A stretch of 64,000 nt of DNA from Octopus bimaculoides (taxonomy: Eukaryota): NCBI RefSeq assembly GCF_001194135.2, contig NC_068988.1, positions 83,285,711 to 83,349,710 on the forward strand, given 5' to 3'. Shown one piece after another: positions 12,167-23,689 of the stretch; position 1 is the first letter of the stretch, and the number at the start of each line of letters is the position of its first letter. Under the pieces are notes generated by a model that did no database searches, was not told the origin of the DNA, and worked only from the letters and a program-made list of their open reading frames with translations. The translations under genes were made by a program, and so were the position numbers.

Positions 12167-12330
12167 AGTCTCTCTCTCTCTCTCACACACGCGCGCGCAC
12201 GCACACACACACGAAAGTACACATATCTCTACATATACACAATTTAATAAATACACGTATATCCTCACACATAGATGAATAAGTACACATACAGTCTCAC
12301 TCACTGAAAATCTATGTTGTATTGTTTCAG

Positions 12331-12434
12331 TGAATTACGGTAACTGGTTTGAATATATGCTCCAGTGGGAGAAGGATATCAAAGACCACCCAGAACTACC
12401 CATTTTGATAGTTAAATATGAAGACCTTAAAAAG
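12331..12434 (+). CDS. Sulfotransferase exon 3
   Basis: Acceptor ttgtttcag. In-frame L-NYGNWFEYMLQWEKDIKDHPELPILIVKYEDLKK matches the SULT YGxWFE and YEDL motifs. Donor GTGAAA at 12435. Not in the ORF track because it is short. Confidence 0.92.
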
Positions 12435-12601
12435 GTGAAATATCTTTTGTTTACTCAGAACTGAAATTTATTTTGCTGTTTCATAGTGTATGTATGTATG
12501 TATATTTCTACAACTTATATGTTAAAACCATACTAAAATAGTTACTCTGCTGATATTTTATGCTGTATGTATGTGTAATGTTTTTTTCAAATTTACTTTA
12601 G

Positions 12602-12764
12602 GATCCAGTGAGCAACGTGGCTAAAGTGGCTGAGTTTTTAGGCCTTCCTAAAAATGACCAACTTTTTGAAGATATTGCTGACAAATGTACTTTTGACAAA
12701 ATGAAAGCAGCAAAACTTACTCAGCTTGAATTTCGAACTCCTGATGAATCATTGTTTCGTAAAG
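12602..12764 (+). CDS. Sulfotransferase exon 4
   Basis: Acceptor tttactttag. Encodes DPVSNVAKVAEFLGL...KCTFDKMK...LFRK. Donor GTACAA at 12765, phase 1. Confidence 0.92.
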
Positions 12765-13334
12765 GTACAATCTTTGCTTTATATTTTCATTAGATTTATC
12801 ATCATTTGAACATTTATTTTTCTATGCTTGTGGAGGTTAAATGGAATTTATTGAGATAAGATTTTCAACAGTCATATGCCCTTTCTATCACCAGTCCTCA
12901 CCTGTTTCCAAGCAAGTGATATTTCTCCATAGCCAGACATGTTTTTCATAGAAAACTGGAAGCAAACAACATTACTTGTATGATATTGATGCTTGCTTAC
13001 AATCAACATGTGATGTCTAGAAAATGTGTTATACCCCCTTTTAATAACTAAATCTCTCAGTAAGAATGACTCAACATTAAAATGGACAAATCTCAACCTA
13101 ATAGAACTAAACATCAGATCAAATGCCTTGAGTTATTTGCTGCAGCTCTCTAAATTCTGTGTTCAAATCCTAACATAGCCTACTCAGGTAGTAGATTTAA
13201 TCCACTAACCAGTCTAACACCATCACGAGGCACCTTAGGTGACTTTAGCAGATTCCACTCTGGTGTAAGTATTCAGTCGAGTTTTCTAGTTTGAGGATTG
13301 CTTCTTCTTTCTTTCCTCCAAGCTTCAGACATCC

Positions 13335-13561
13335 TTAACCCTTTAGCATTCAGGTTACCCTGTCAAATGCAATGCTTATTTATTCACATTGTTTTGAATT
13401 AATCCTGTATTATCACATAACTTTGAGATTTTGGTGATGTGATTGTTTATTTTTAGAATAACATTGTAGGGTAGTGTGAGAAGCCAGATTTGGCCAGTTT
13501 GAACATAAAACAGGGAGAATATTTGGGCCAGACATGGCCAGTTTAAGCGCTAAAGCATTAA
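13335..13561 (+). mobile_element. piggyBac-like MITE (TTAA-CCCTTTAG termini); other copies at 55325-55484, 55485-55680, 63076-63284
   Basis: Starts TTAACCCTTTAGCATT and ends GCTAAAGCATTAA. Copies share ctgtcaaatgtaatgcttattt...tttgaattaatc. Confidence 0.7.
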
Positions 13562-13975
13562 GGATACTGCTTCCCCTCATGGGTTGACTGAAACCCTATA
13601 GAAGCCTGTTGGGCAGTTTGTACCTCTTATTCAAAGGTACAGTTTTGTCACAATGCTCACATTGATTTCAGCCAGAGAATTATATTAATGGTACTCCTGT
13701 CTGTGGAATACTCAGCCACTTACACATTAATTCAACAGACATGTAATTCACTTGATCAAACAACTGAATCCTCATCATAAAAACTAATGGAGAATCATCA
13801 GTCCGTCCATCCATCCATCCATCCATTCATCCAACCTTTTGGTATTGACCACATTACAGTATTTAATATTACTCTGATTGGCAAGTGATTTCATATTAGA
13901 GAAGGTATATTAAAGACAGTTTCTACTTATTATAGACATGAAATTCTTACAGCCAAAGTCTCTTCTATTGTACAG

Positions 13976-14085
13976 GTGTTGTTGGAGACTGGAAGAATTG
14001 GTTCACAGTTTCTCAAAATGAGAGATTCCAAGTGGAATGTGACAAATTTGACAAGCAGTCTACATTGTTTAGTACAAAGTACTAA
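13976..14085 (+). CDS. Sulfotransferase exon 5 (terminal)
   Basis: Acceptor ttgtacag. Completes RKG-VVGDWKNWFTVSQNE (canonical RKGxxGDWKxxFT). TAA at 14083-14085. Spliced CDS is 867 nt = 288 aa + stop. Confidence 0.93.
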
Positions 14086-14619
14086 ATATCACTTTAGTAT
14101 TGTTATGAGTTTCTCATAAACACCTTTATATTGCATGTGTTAATGTGTTTGATATCTTTACTGATATCTCAAAAATCACTTAATTACTATATACATCAAA
14201 AATATTTTAAAATTCTTAGTTTAATAATGATGATGATAATGATGTGCTTATTGTATACAGAGTTCAGATACGCTACATCTTATCAAAAGAGGATAAAAGA
14301 GGAGGCAAAAAACAACAATAAGTCAAGTAAAGAAAGACATCAATGACAAGCAAAAGTGCATGCATAACACACAAAGTAAAACTCAAGAAGACAGATAAGT
14401 AAACAGCAAAAGAGTCATAAAGAGGAAAGGGTGCATAGGCATGTCAGGAGCAGTGCTGGGGAAATTCAGGAAGAATGGAGGTTTTGAAGAATGCAATGTC
14501 CTGACAGCAAACAACTGCTACAAGGTGTTTATTTAACACTTTTGAATGTGAAAAAAAAATGTTAATAGAAAAGCTAATTAAGAACAAACTCTTATATTTC
14601 ATATCCCATGTGATATAAA

Positions 14620-14840
14620 GGTGATGAGCTGGCAGAATTGTTGCCTCAATGGAAAAATGCTTACTGACATGTCTTCAAACTTTCCATTCTGAGTTCAAAT
14701 GCCACTGGGGTTGAGTTTGCTTTTCATCATTTTGAGGCCTATAAAATAAGTACCAGTTGAGCACTGCAGATGATGTAATTGACTTGCACCCTCCCCCACA
14801 ATTGCTGGCCTTGTATCAAAATCTAAAACCAATATGTTTA
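14620..14840 (+). mobile_element. SINE family S2 (gagctggcagaa...ttctgagttcaaat...ctttcatcctt...taagtaccag); copies at 21310-21520 (-), 23480-23670 (-), 49575-49800 (+)
   Basis: Four mutually similar copies with a B-box-like gagttcaaat. The central block resembles a conserved SINE core domain (recalled, not searched). Confidence 0.75.
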
Positions 14841-15672
14841 ATATCTTCATTGATATTTATTAGCTACTTACTTCCTATATATCTAGAACATATTTTAATA
14901 TTCACCATTTCAAATTGTTAGGTCTTTATGTTATATCATAGAAGAGTCACTTAAGAATAAATAAGCTCTTCTACTCACATCCCATTTATTTCTTGAACTG
15001 TCACCATTTTTCTCAAACTACCATGCTGGCTTGGGTTAGTTGAGTTGTTGCAATCCAAGCCAGTTCTTCTCTGTCCAGGAGGAGGAGAAGGACAACAGGG
15101 ACAACAGCAGTGGTGGCAGCAATGATGATGACAACAATGATGATACTAATGTAGAGGATGTAGTGAAATGTTTAATTTATTTCTTGAGATATTACCCAAA
15201 CTATAAGTAGATCAGTGACAAATTGATATAGTCAACCTTTAATATTTTAATGGCAATTTCAAAATATTGATTAGATATGTTAGATCCAGACTTACCACTG
15301 ACTGCTATCCAATGGTATTTACTGTGAAGTAATGTTATTTTAATATCATCATCATTTAATGTCCACTTCCCAATAAATAAATAAAAATATTGGATTCTCT
15401 TAAGTACAATAAATAAATGCCCTTAGACTAGAATATTATGTAATAATACAAAATATCAATTTATAATGACAATCTTAACTCAAATATATATTCAGAAGTA
15501 GAGTGAAGCATTTTCTTTACAATCTATTAACAAGAAATTATGAAGACGGTATTTTTAAAGATATGTATTTTTTACTGACACAATTGAAGAATTTATATTT
15601 AACATGATATTGTCTTTGGAAACATTTCAGAACAAATAATAATAATAAAAGTAATTGATGATGATGATGATG

Positions 15673-15710
<38 letters not shown>

Positions 15711-15712
15711 TA

Positions 15713-15753
<41 letters not shown>

Positions 15754-15754
15754 A

Positions 15755-15795
<41 letters not shown>
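15673..15795. repeat. (AAT)n followed directly by (ATT)n microsatellite
   Basis: Read directly from the sequence. Confidence 0.95.
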
Positions 15796-15879
15796 TAACT
15801 ATAAACTTTTCATTAGAAAACTTATAATCTGTAACTTTAGATATGAAATACGCACAAATACGTGTGTGTGTGTGTGTAG

Positions 15880-16030
15880 GTGCAAGCATGACAGTGTGGT
15901 AAGAAGTTTGCTTTTCAACCACATGGTCCTAGTTTCAGTCCTACTTCATGGCACCTTGGGCAACTGTCTTCTACTATAGCCTCAGGTTGATCAAAACCTT
16001 GTGAATGGATTTGGTAGGCAGAAACAAGTA
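15880..16030 (+). mobile_element. tRNA-derived CORE-like SINE family S1; copies at about 32350-32700, 40845-40980 (-), 47380-47474, 49260-49555 (two), 52780-52910 (-), 53380-53520, 54395-54555, 61695-61850
   Basis: Shared tgtggtaagaagcttgcttcccaaccacatggtt...ggcaccttgggcaagtgtcttctactatagc. The ccttgggcaag block resembles the CORE domain. Confidence 0.8.
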
Positions 16031-16489
16031 CTGGGTTCGATTTGTTCAACTTAAATTCTTCAAGGCTGTACACCAGCATGGCCATAGTCTAATGACTGAA
16101 GCAAGAAAAAGGCAAAAAAAAATTATACATAGATACATACTTACATACAAACATACATACATATGTACGTGTGTGTATGTATATATACACACACACACAC
16201 AAATACACACACTCACTCATATATGTGTAATTATAATATATATACACACATATATATATTGTTTAAATGATTGTCATTAATTTGTAATAAATAATATAAT
16301 TTTAGAATTGAGAAATAAAAAGATTTCATTGACATTATGTGTTGCTCATTTTATCTTTATATTTGTGAACTTGAGTTTTCTTTCCTAACAAATCTTTCCT
16401 GCGTTCTTTCTGTGGTATTTAATTATATTTATGTAATCACCTTATCTCTCTCCGTGTGGGGGCATGCATTTGTGTGTGTGTGTCATACC

Positions 16490-16529
16490 GGCCATGACGA
16501 AGGGAAATAGCCCTGAAACTCGAGTCGCC
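16490..16529 (+). ncRNA. Minimal type-I hammerhead ribozyme motif, one core defect
   Basis: GGC C(A)TGACGA AGGG-aaatag-CCCT GAAA CT-cg-AG TC GCC. Stems I, II and III all pair, with a GUC site at 16524-16526. One extra A sits in the CUGA core. Confidence 0.6.
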
Positions 16530-16884
16530 TTTATATATTTATATTTATATATTTATATATTTGATCCTTTATATTGAACACTCAATATTTCATCTACATT
16601 CAATACTTTCTTTCATGGTGCCATCCATTTTTATTTTATTTTATTTTATATTGTATATTGTATATTATTTTATATATTGTATATTCCATATTCTATACCC
16701 CACATTAGTTCTTCAGGAATATAAATAAAACATAAAAAACAGACAGTGTTGGAACTCTTTTAAACAAAATAATATATTCCTCTATACACAATCATACAAA
16801 AAAACCACCTTTTTTGTATTTATTTTTACTCGCATATATATATATATATATATATGAGACACACATAAGAAGGAAGGAAACAAA

Positions 16885-16929
16885 GGACCACTGATGAGGT
16901 CACAGAAGTGTGACGAAAGAACTCTGGCC
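16885..16929 (+). ncRNA. Minimal type-I hammerhead ribozyme motif, intact core
   Basis: GGACCA CTGATGA G GTCACA-gaag-TGTGAC GAAA G-aa-C TC TGGCC. Intact CUGAUGA and GAAA, 6-bp stem II, 2-bp stem III, CUC site at 16922-16924, stem I with one bulge. Confidence 0.75.
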
Positions 16930-17287
16930 AAAATAAGATTAAGATTAATGTAATATAAAGCTGAAGCAAATTAACACCAAATATACAGTGCGTGTGTTTT
17001 TATTGGCTAAACTGGCAATATGACCATCCCCAAGTACAACAATATATAGATATATATATGTATATATATATTGATAGATAGATATGACTTTATGTACACG
17101 ACACATGACAATTATACCACATAGTTTTCAGCTGTAATTATAATCATATAAACTCCCACTGTCATTTGTACACAAAGGTTGTCTGTAATTATAATCATAT
17201 TAAACTCCCACTGTCATTTGTACACAAAGGTTGTCTGTATCCAAGGGTGGGTTATGAAGTAATACAAAGAGCATAGCGATAATGTAA

Positions 17288-17590
17288 GAAAAAGAACATG
17301 GGTATAACTTGGTAATCCTTTATTCCAATAGTTACATGTGTTTCAGTATTTGGCAACACATGATGTCACATTATAGATGCAGCTTATAGGGCAAGCATAG
17401 AGCAAAGACACCATCAGATAATCAGAAAAAAATACCATATTTCTTTTTCAGTTGTCTGATAATGTGCTTGCTCCATGCTTGCCTTATAAGCTGCATCTAT
17501 TTTGAAATATTGCATGTTGCTGAATACTGAAACATGTAACACTTGGAATAAAGGAGTACCAAGGTACCAAGTTATGCCCATGTTCTTTTC
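17288..17590. repeat. About 300-bp imperfect inverted repeat (fold-back/MITE-like)
   Basis: Arms of about 140 bp: aaaagaacatgggtataacttggta...gatgcagcttata versus tataagctgcatc...ccaagttatgcccatgttcttttc. Confidence 0.9.
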
Positions 17591-17640
17591 TCATGTATAT
17601 ATATATTGGTTGTGTGTGTGTATGTATGTATGTATGTGTA

Positions 17641-17871
17641 GTGACGTCATCTTGAGAGGCTTCAGTATGTAGCACGGGGCTGGAATCTTCTGGAAGGCCT
17701 GCGGAAGTTCCTTCATGCGCATGCGCTGAAAACTGGCAGGAAAAGTTCTATCGTGTTCCCTGCTTGCGTCTCTGACTAGAGACACAGCTGTTGAACATTG
17801 CAGACGTGTTTTCACTAGCAGTTCGCCTACGCTCCTGTCCCAGACGCATGGGATTGACCAGCTCTGTATGT
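17641..17871. promoter_or_regulatory. Candidate housekeeping-type promoter (CRE, ETS and NRF1 motifs)
   Basis: TGACGTCA 17642-17649, GCGGAAGT 17701-17708 and TGCGCATGCGC 17716-17726, in a locally CpG-rich patch. Confidence 0.55.
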
Positions 17872-18192
17872 TACTGGAGTTTCTGTGAAGTTATTTTCAC
17901 AAATGTCTAATTAACTCCAGTTTTGATGTTTTACTTACCAAAACTTGTCTCTCCAAAATGTTCCAAGTTATATTATTGGCTTTCAGAGAAATGATTAACT
18001 CCAGATTTGCTGTTTATACACCAAACCGTGGTTGCTGACTGACCAAATGTACATATATATAACAGAATAAAGAGTGTTATTATTGTTCAGATGCTTTCTT
18101 GTTCCTGAATAATTATTGTTTCTAAAAATATTGATGTAAGGAAATTGTGTAGCACCCTATCAGTGCAAAACACACAAACTTGAAATCCTGTA

Positions 18193-18227
<35 letters not shown>

Positions 18228-19329
18228 GTGGAGAATGGAGCAACAAATACAAGAAAAAGCAATACTGNNNNNNNNNNNNNNNNNNNNNNNNNNNNNNNNN
18301 NNNNNNNNNNNNNNNNNNNNNNNNNNNNNNNNNNNNNNNNNNNNNNNNNNNNNNNNNNNNNNNNNNNNNNNNNNNNNNNNNNNNNNNNNNNNNNNNNNNN
18401 NNNNNNNNNNNNNNNNNNNNNNNNNNNNNNNNNNNNNNNNNNNNNNNNNNNNNNNNNNNNNNNNNNNNNNNNNNNNNNNNNNNNNNNNNNNNNNNNNNNN
18501 NNNNNNNNNNNNNNNNNNNNNNNNNNNNNNNNNNNNNNNNNNNNNNNNNNNNNNNNNNNNNNNNNNNNNNNNNNNNNNNNNNNNNNNNNNNNNNNNNNNN
18601 NNNNNNNNNNNNNNNNNNNNNNATATATATATATATATATAAAGAACTACCCTATTCTCCAGTGTCTGCTTTGGTAAGGTTTGGATAGTGAGATGCTCTT
18701 TCTAATACCAACCACTTTACAACAAACACATCAAATTTACTTATTTCTATGTAGCTTGAAAAAAATAAATAACAGGCTTAATTAGTTATCAATTCTTATT
18801 ACAGTCTCACCAGAGATATCTCCATCACTTGACTAATTCTAGAAGAAATGAGCAGCCAATCTGTTTATCTATACATCAGATCCAGTTGCTTCAGATGTCT
18901 GGTGCTATTAATTTCCATACAATAATTGTTTAGCCCATTATTTAATGTCAGAGGCCTACACCCATACATAATTATTAACAAGGAGAATGAAGTGAGCAAT
19001 TCATTTTATTACATAATTGATATTTTATCAGAAGAATATTGCTATGCTATTATTATATAATATGTGTAACAATATAGTGTGTTAGTCGTATAATACTAAT
19101 ACTGCAAAAACATCAACTCCTTATGTTTATGCATAAACACTTTTTGGTGGATGAACTTGTATTTTTAAGATTATATACCCTTCATCCAAGGTGTTCTTAT
19201 CACTTCATGTGCATAGTATAGTTTTAAAAAAAACAAACAAATAGATAATGAACCACAAATTCAGATGAACTAGTCAAGAAATAGTATGAATCAAAGAGAC
19301 CAAAACAATAAAGGGAAAAATAAATATAT

Positions 19330-19890
19330 AAATGAAAGATTAAATAGAAATTAAGAGAAGACTTTTCTGTCTCCAGAACCATGTGTCATTCAACAACCAG
19401 TGTCTGTTCTGATGTTATTAAAGAAACTGTATCTACAATTTTATGTCAACCATGTCATTTGATATGGCTGATTGTTAACTTGAGTTAATGGTCAAAAATT
19501 TTTGCCAACATTCAGTTAAGTGTGAAATGCTAACAGATTCTTCTATCATGCTCTCCTACTCTCTTGGATACACAGACACAAATTGTTCTTGATAATGCCA
19601 ATGGGTAAATGTTGTGTATAGAATACAATGTAACAAATGCAACAAGTTCTATGTGGGTAGCACAACAAGACCGTTAGACGTCCGCATCAAAGAACATCTG
19701 AACAGGAGAGCCTCCTCCTTCAGAAAACATCTAGACAGATGCTGGAACACTGACAAAAGCATAACAGTCACAATTGAGGCCAATGAAAGAAATTTGGGTA
19801 ATTTNNNNNNNNNNATTTAAGAATTAAGGGAGCATTACTCATACACAGACTAGGACCCCAAATTAACAACAGGCTGGAGGTTGGTAATCA
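19330..19890 (+). mobile_element. Penelope-like element fragment, GIY-YIG endonuclease
   Basis: NVVYRIQCNKCNKFYVGSTTRPLDVRIKEH, then LRIKGALLIHRLGPQINNRLE after the 10-N gap. Confidence 0.85.
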
Positions 19891-20180
19891 ATATATTATT
19901 TAGCTACATCTGGATGCATGTAGGTTCATTTTTGATATGCTCATCTATTGTGTATAACAAAAAAAAGGAAGAGGAAAAAAGGGGGGGGAGGAAGCTGCAC
20001 GTATAATACATAACTTAGAAGCAGCGCTACAAATGTACCAACACACACGAGATTGAGACATAGTCTCACACACTTCTCATGAGGAATTCCGGAAGGAACT
20101 TCGGGAGACCACTGCTGAGATGCTTCTGAAAAAAGAAAAGCTGTTGGAAAACAGATTATAGCAGCAACTCCATCTAAGAA

Positions 20181-20214
20181 TATCTGAAGAAGGAATTGTA
20201 TTCCGAAAAATCAT
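20181..20214 (+). ncRNA. Degenerate minimal hammerhead motif downstream of the Penelope endonuclease
   Basis: CTGAAGA A GGAAT-tgt-ATTCC GAAA AA TC. Core and stem II are intact; stems I and III are nearly absent. Confidence 0.45.
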
Positions 20215-22777
20215 CAGACTATGGATAACTAAATTACAACAGGTATATAGTCCATTTTTTTTGTATTATAGTGCATTGTTGTACCATTCAAAACTTTTTA
20301 TCATTTATAGATAAAAGTGAGTTATTTCTTTGTTAAAATGCAACTCTTCTTCAGTAATAAATAAATCTGGACTTTAAAAAAAGAGATTTAGAATGCCCAG
20401 AGAATATATACCAGTACCGTGTGACTGGCTCTCGTGCCAGTGGCACGTAAAAGCACCCAATACACTCTCGGAGTGGTTGGCATTAGGAAGGGCATCCAGC
20501 TGTAGAAACTCTGCCAGATCAGATTGGAGCCTGGTGCAGCCTTCTGGCTTGCCAGTCCTCAGTCAAATCGTCCAACCCATACTAGCATGGAAAGCGGACG
20601 TTAAACAATGATGATGATGATGATGAATTAAAAGATCCAAGGCTCTAAGTGTAGGAAGTTTATAGTCTTTGAACAGTCCATAGTAGGTATAAAAAACAGC
20701 AGTTTGGCAAAAGAGACCAATAGAATAAGTACTAGACTTACAAAAATAAGTCCTGGAGCCGATTTGTTCGACTAAAGGTGGTACTCCAGCATGGCTGCAG
20801 TCAAATGACTGAAACAAGTAAATGAGTAATGAGTATACATACATATAAACATACATAAATATATATGTATGTATATAATATCTATTTCATTTAGGTTTTA
20901 ACCTTGGAGTTTGCTTTATTAAACTTGTCCATAGGCGATGGTTATCAGATAACAATAGCAATTAGAATAAAATAGTAAAAAAAATAAAATACAACAATAA
21001 AAATATAGAATTATAGAGAAAGATCCAAATAAAAATACAGGCAGAAGATAAAGAAAACTTCAATCCTATGGAAAGGTTATAACCAAATGATAAAGGATAA
21101 AAAATAAAATGAAAAATTTGCAAAATGACGGAAAATCAAAAATAAAGATATAGAAGGAAATAAATAAGAACAAAAAAAAACAGAAAATAAAAATGAAAAA
21201 GGAGAAAAAATGAAAAGTCAAAATAAAAATAAAAATGCTATAAAATCAAAGAATACTAAGCAATGAAAAATAGAAAATAAAGGATGAAAAAAATCAGGAA
21301 AATATTGCTTTCAAATTTTGGCAGAAGGCCAGCAGTTTTGGGGGAGGGGCTAAATCAATTACATCAACCTCAGTACTCAGCTGGTACTTGTTTAATCAAC
21401 CCTGAAAGGATGAAAGGCAAAGTTGACCTCGGCAGATTTTGAATTTAGAATGTAAAGAGGGACAAAATGCCGCTAAGCATTTTGCCCTACATGCTAACAA
21501 TTCTATCAGTGCACTGCCTTAAACAAGAAGAAAAAATAATTTAGAATATAAACATATTGAAAATACATTAAAATCAAGAACCTGTTGATAGGCTACAAAG
21601 CCTGATACCTGATATCCAATGTAGAGGTATCGTGTTACAGAGAAAACGAATAGAATTATTAATAAGTCAGGACTGTAGCAGAACATGTAATAATTAGAAG
21701 GGACAAATGACCCCAAATATGCTGCCATTTTAATAATACTAAAACTCTAGAGATGTTTGTGTGTACCCGAAATATCTCAGAAATAGTATATTTTATCTTA
21801 ATTTCTTTTTGCATATTTATTTTCATACTTACCTTCGGCAGTGTAGTACAAATTTTTGTGATATTTGAACCTTTATTTATTAATGAAAATACAATTTTTG
21901 TTTGTTATTGCTTAACAAAAAAACATGGCTTCCGTCATGTCAACACACATACACACATACTGAATGTCATGGCATGTCAATTAACACAAACACATGTCTA
22001 CTATCTGTGACATATACACACAGTCTTCACACTCTCTAAGAAAAAAAAACAAAAAAAATCCATCAACTTTTTGACATACACTATATTTTAATCATTTAGA
22101 AATATTTTTAACTGAATGTGATTTTAAAAATGTAAGCTGTTTGTACAGTAAGTATTTATATTTTAGCTTTCTTTAAACAGACAATATTCTAATGGTTTTT
22201 TAATTATTTTCAAGTGCATGGCGATCTTTAGCTTGTCAGCTGGAGTTCGTTAATTTCCATAAAAAATTTTTATTTATTTACTTTTGTTTTAAAGTGAGAG
22301 GAGGAAGAGAAAGATGTATGTACATGTATATGAAATGGACATGTGAGTGTGAAAGAGAGAGAGAGAGAAAGAGTGAGAGGGGAAGAGAAAAAGAGAAAAA
22401 GAGAGAGAGTGAGTGAAGGGGTGTATCGTCATGTATATGTACATGCATCAATACATATACGCACATCTTTTTTGTATGTACATGTGCATTGTGTGTATGA
22501 GAGAGAAAGTGAGTGAGTGAACGTGTGCGTTCTCATGTATGTATAAGTGGCACTCTCTCACACACACATATACACATCCATTTCATACACACGTTCATGC
22601 ATCTTTCACTTTCTCCTCTCTTTCTCTTTAAAACATAAGTAAATAAATAAAAAAAATTTACGGAAATTAACAAACAAAATCAGCTGATCTGGATGACAAT
22701 TCTGAGAGTCAAAGCGAAAGATCACCCCAAGGGAATACAAAATTTTTATGAGTGCATTCAATGTATCTCAGCTCCAA

Positions 22778-22889
22778 AGATTTAGTTGCTATTTCAAGCA
22801 CACCTTGCTACCACATAACAGCTATTTGCGATAAAGGACCCGAAATACCTGTTACGTGGTAGCAGGGCATGCAACAAATAGCAGCCAAA
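22778..22889. repeat. Short inverted repeat (43-bp arms)
   Basis: gatttagttgctatttcaagcacaccttgctaccacataacag versus the reverse complement of ctgttacgtggtagcagggcatgcaacaaatagcagccaaatc. Confidence 0.8.
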
Positions 22890-23689
22890 TCTTTTCTTTC
22901 CTGGGGAAAGGAGCTATTTACATGTGATTTCAATGTCACATTCATTGAAAGCATGTGTAATATCCCGGAAAAGAAAAAAAACCCATGAAACAAAAATTCA
23001 GACTTTCCAGGTGACCCAACAGGTCATAGGCAGTCTAGTAGTATTTAAAATACTCAGTGACCCACTAATATATTCTTCAAATGTCACACAGTCATATATG
23101 TATACAACAAACATTGTTGACACATAGTCATTTATACTAGAATAAAAAATATATTCTAAATACCATAACTCCCTATATAGAGTAAAGATTGCTAATAGTA
23201 AAAGGTTGGACAATGATAATATTGAATAATATGATATGCAACAAGCAAATACAACTGTTAACAAAGACATATATACTAAAAGACAAATGATTCTTCATCC
23301 TAGCTAAGTTATATATAGACTTCAGGTTGTTAATATTTTGGTTGATAATAAGATTGAATAATATGAGAGACAATGTATAATAATTTGGTGCTGATGGAAT
23401 GTTATTGTTATTAGTCAATAAGTGGGACACAATCATAATGGCAGACAAAATCCAGAAACAATAAATTATACTAACAATAATATTTGCTTCAAATTTTGTC
23501 ACAAAGCCAGCAATTTCAACAGCATCAACTCCCAGTACTTGACTGGTACTTTATATTATGAAACTGAAAATAAGGAAAGTCAAAGTTGGTGCCAGCAGGT
23601 TTTGAACTCAAACATAAAGAATTGGGAGAGGTGCCACTAAGCATTTTATCCAACTTGCTAGCATAGACAAAAAGTTTCCAAAACAATAG

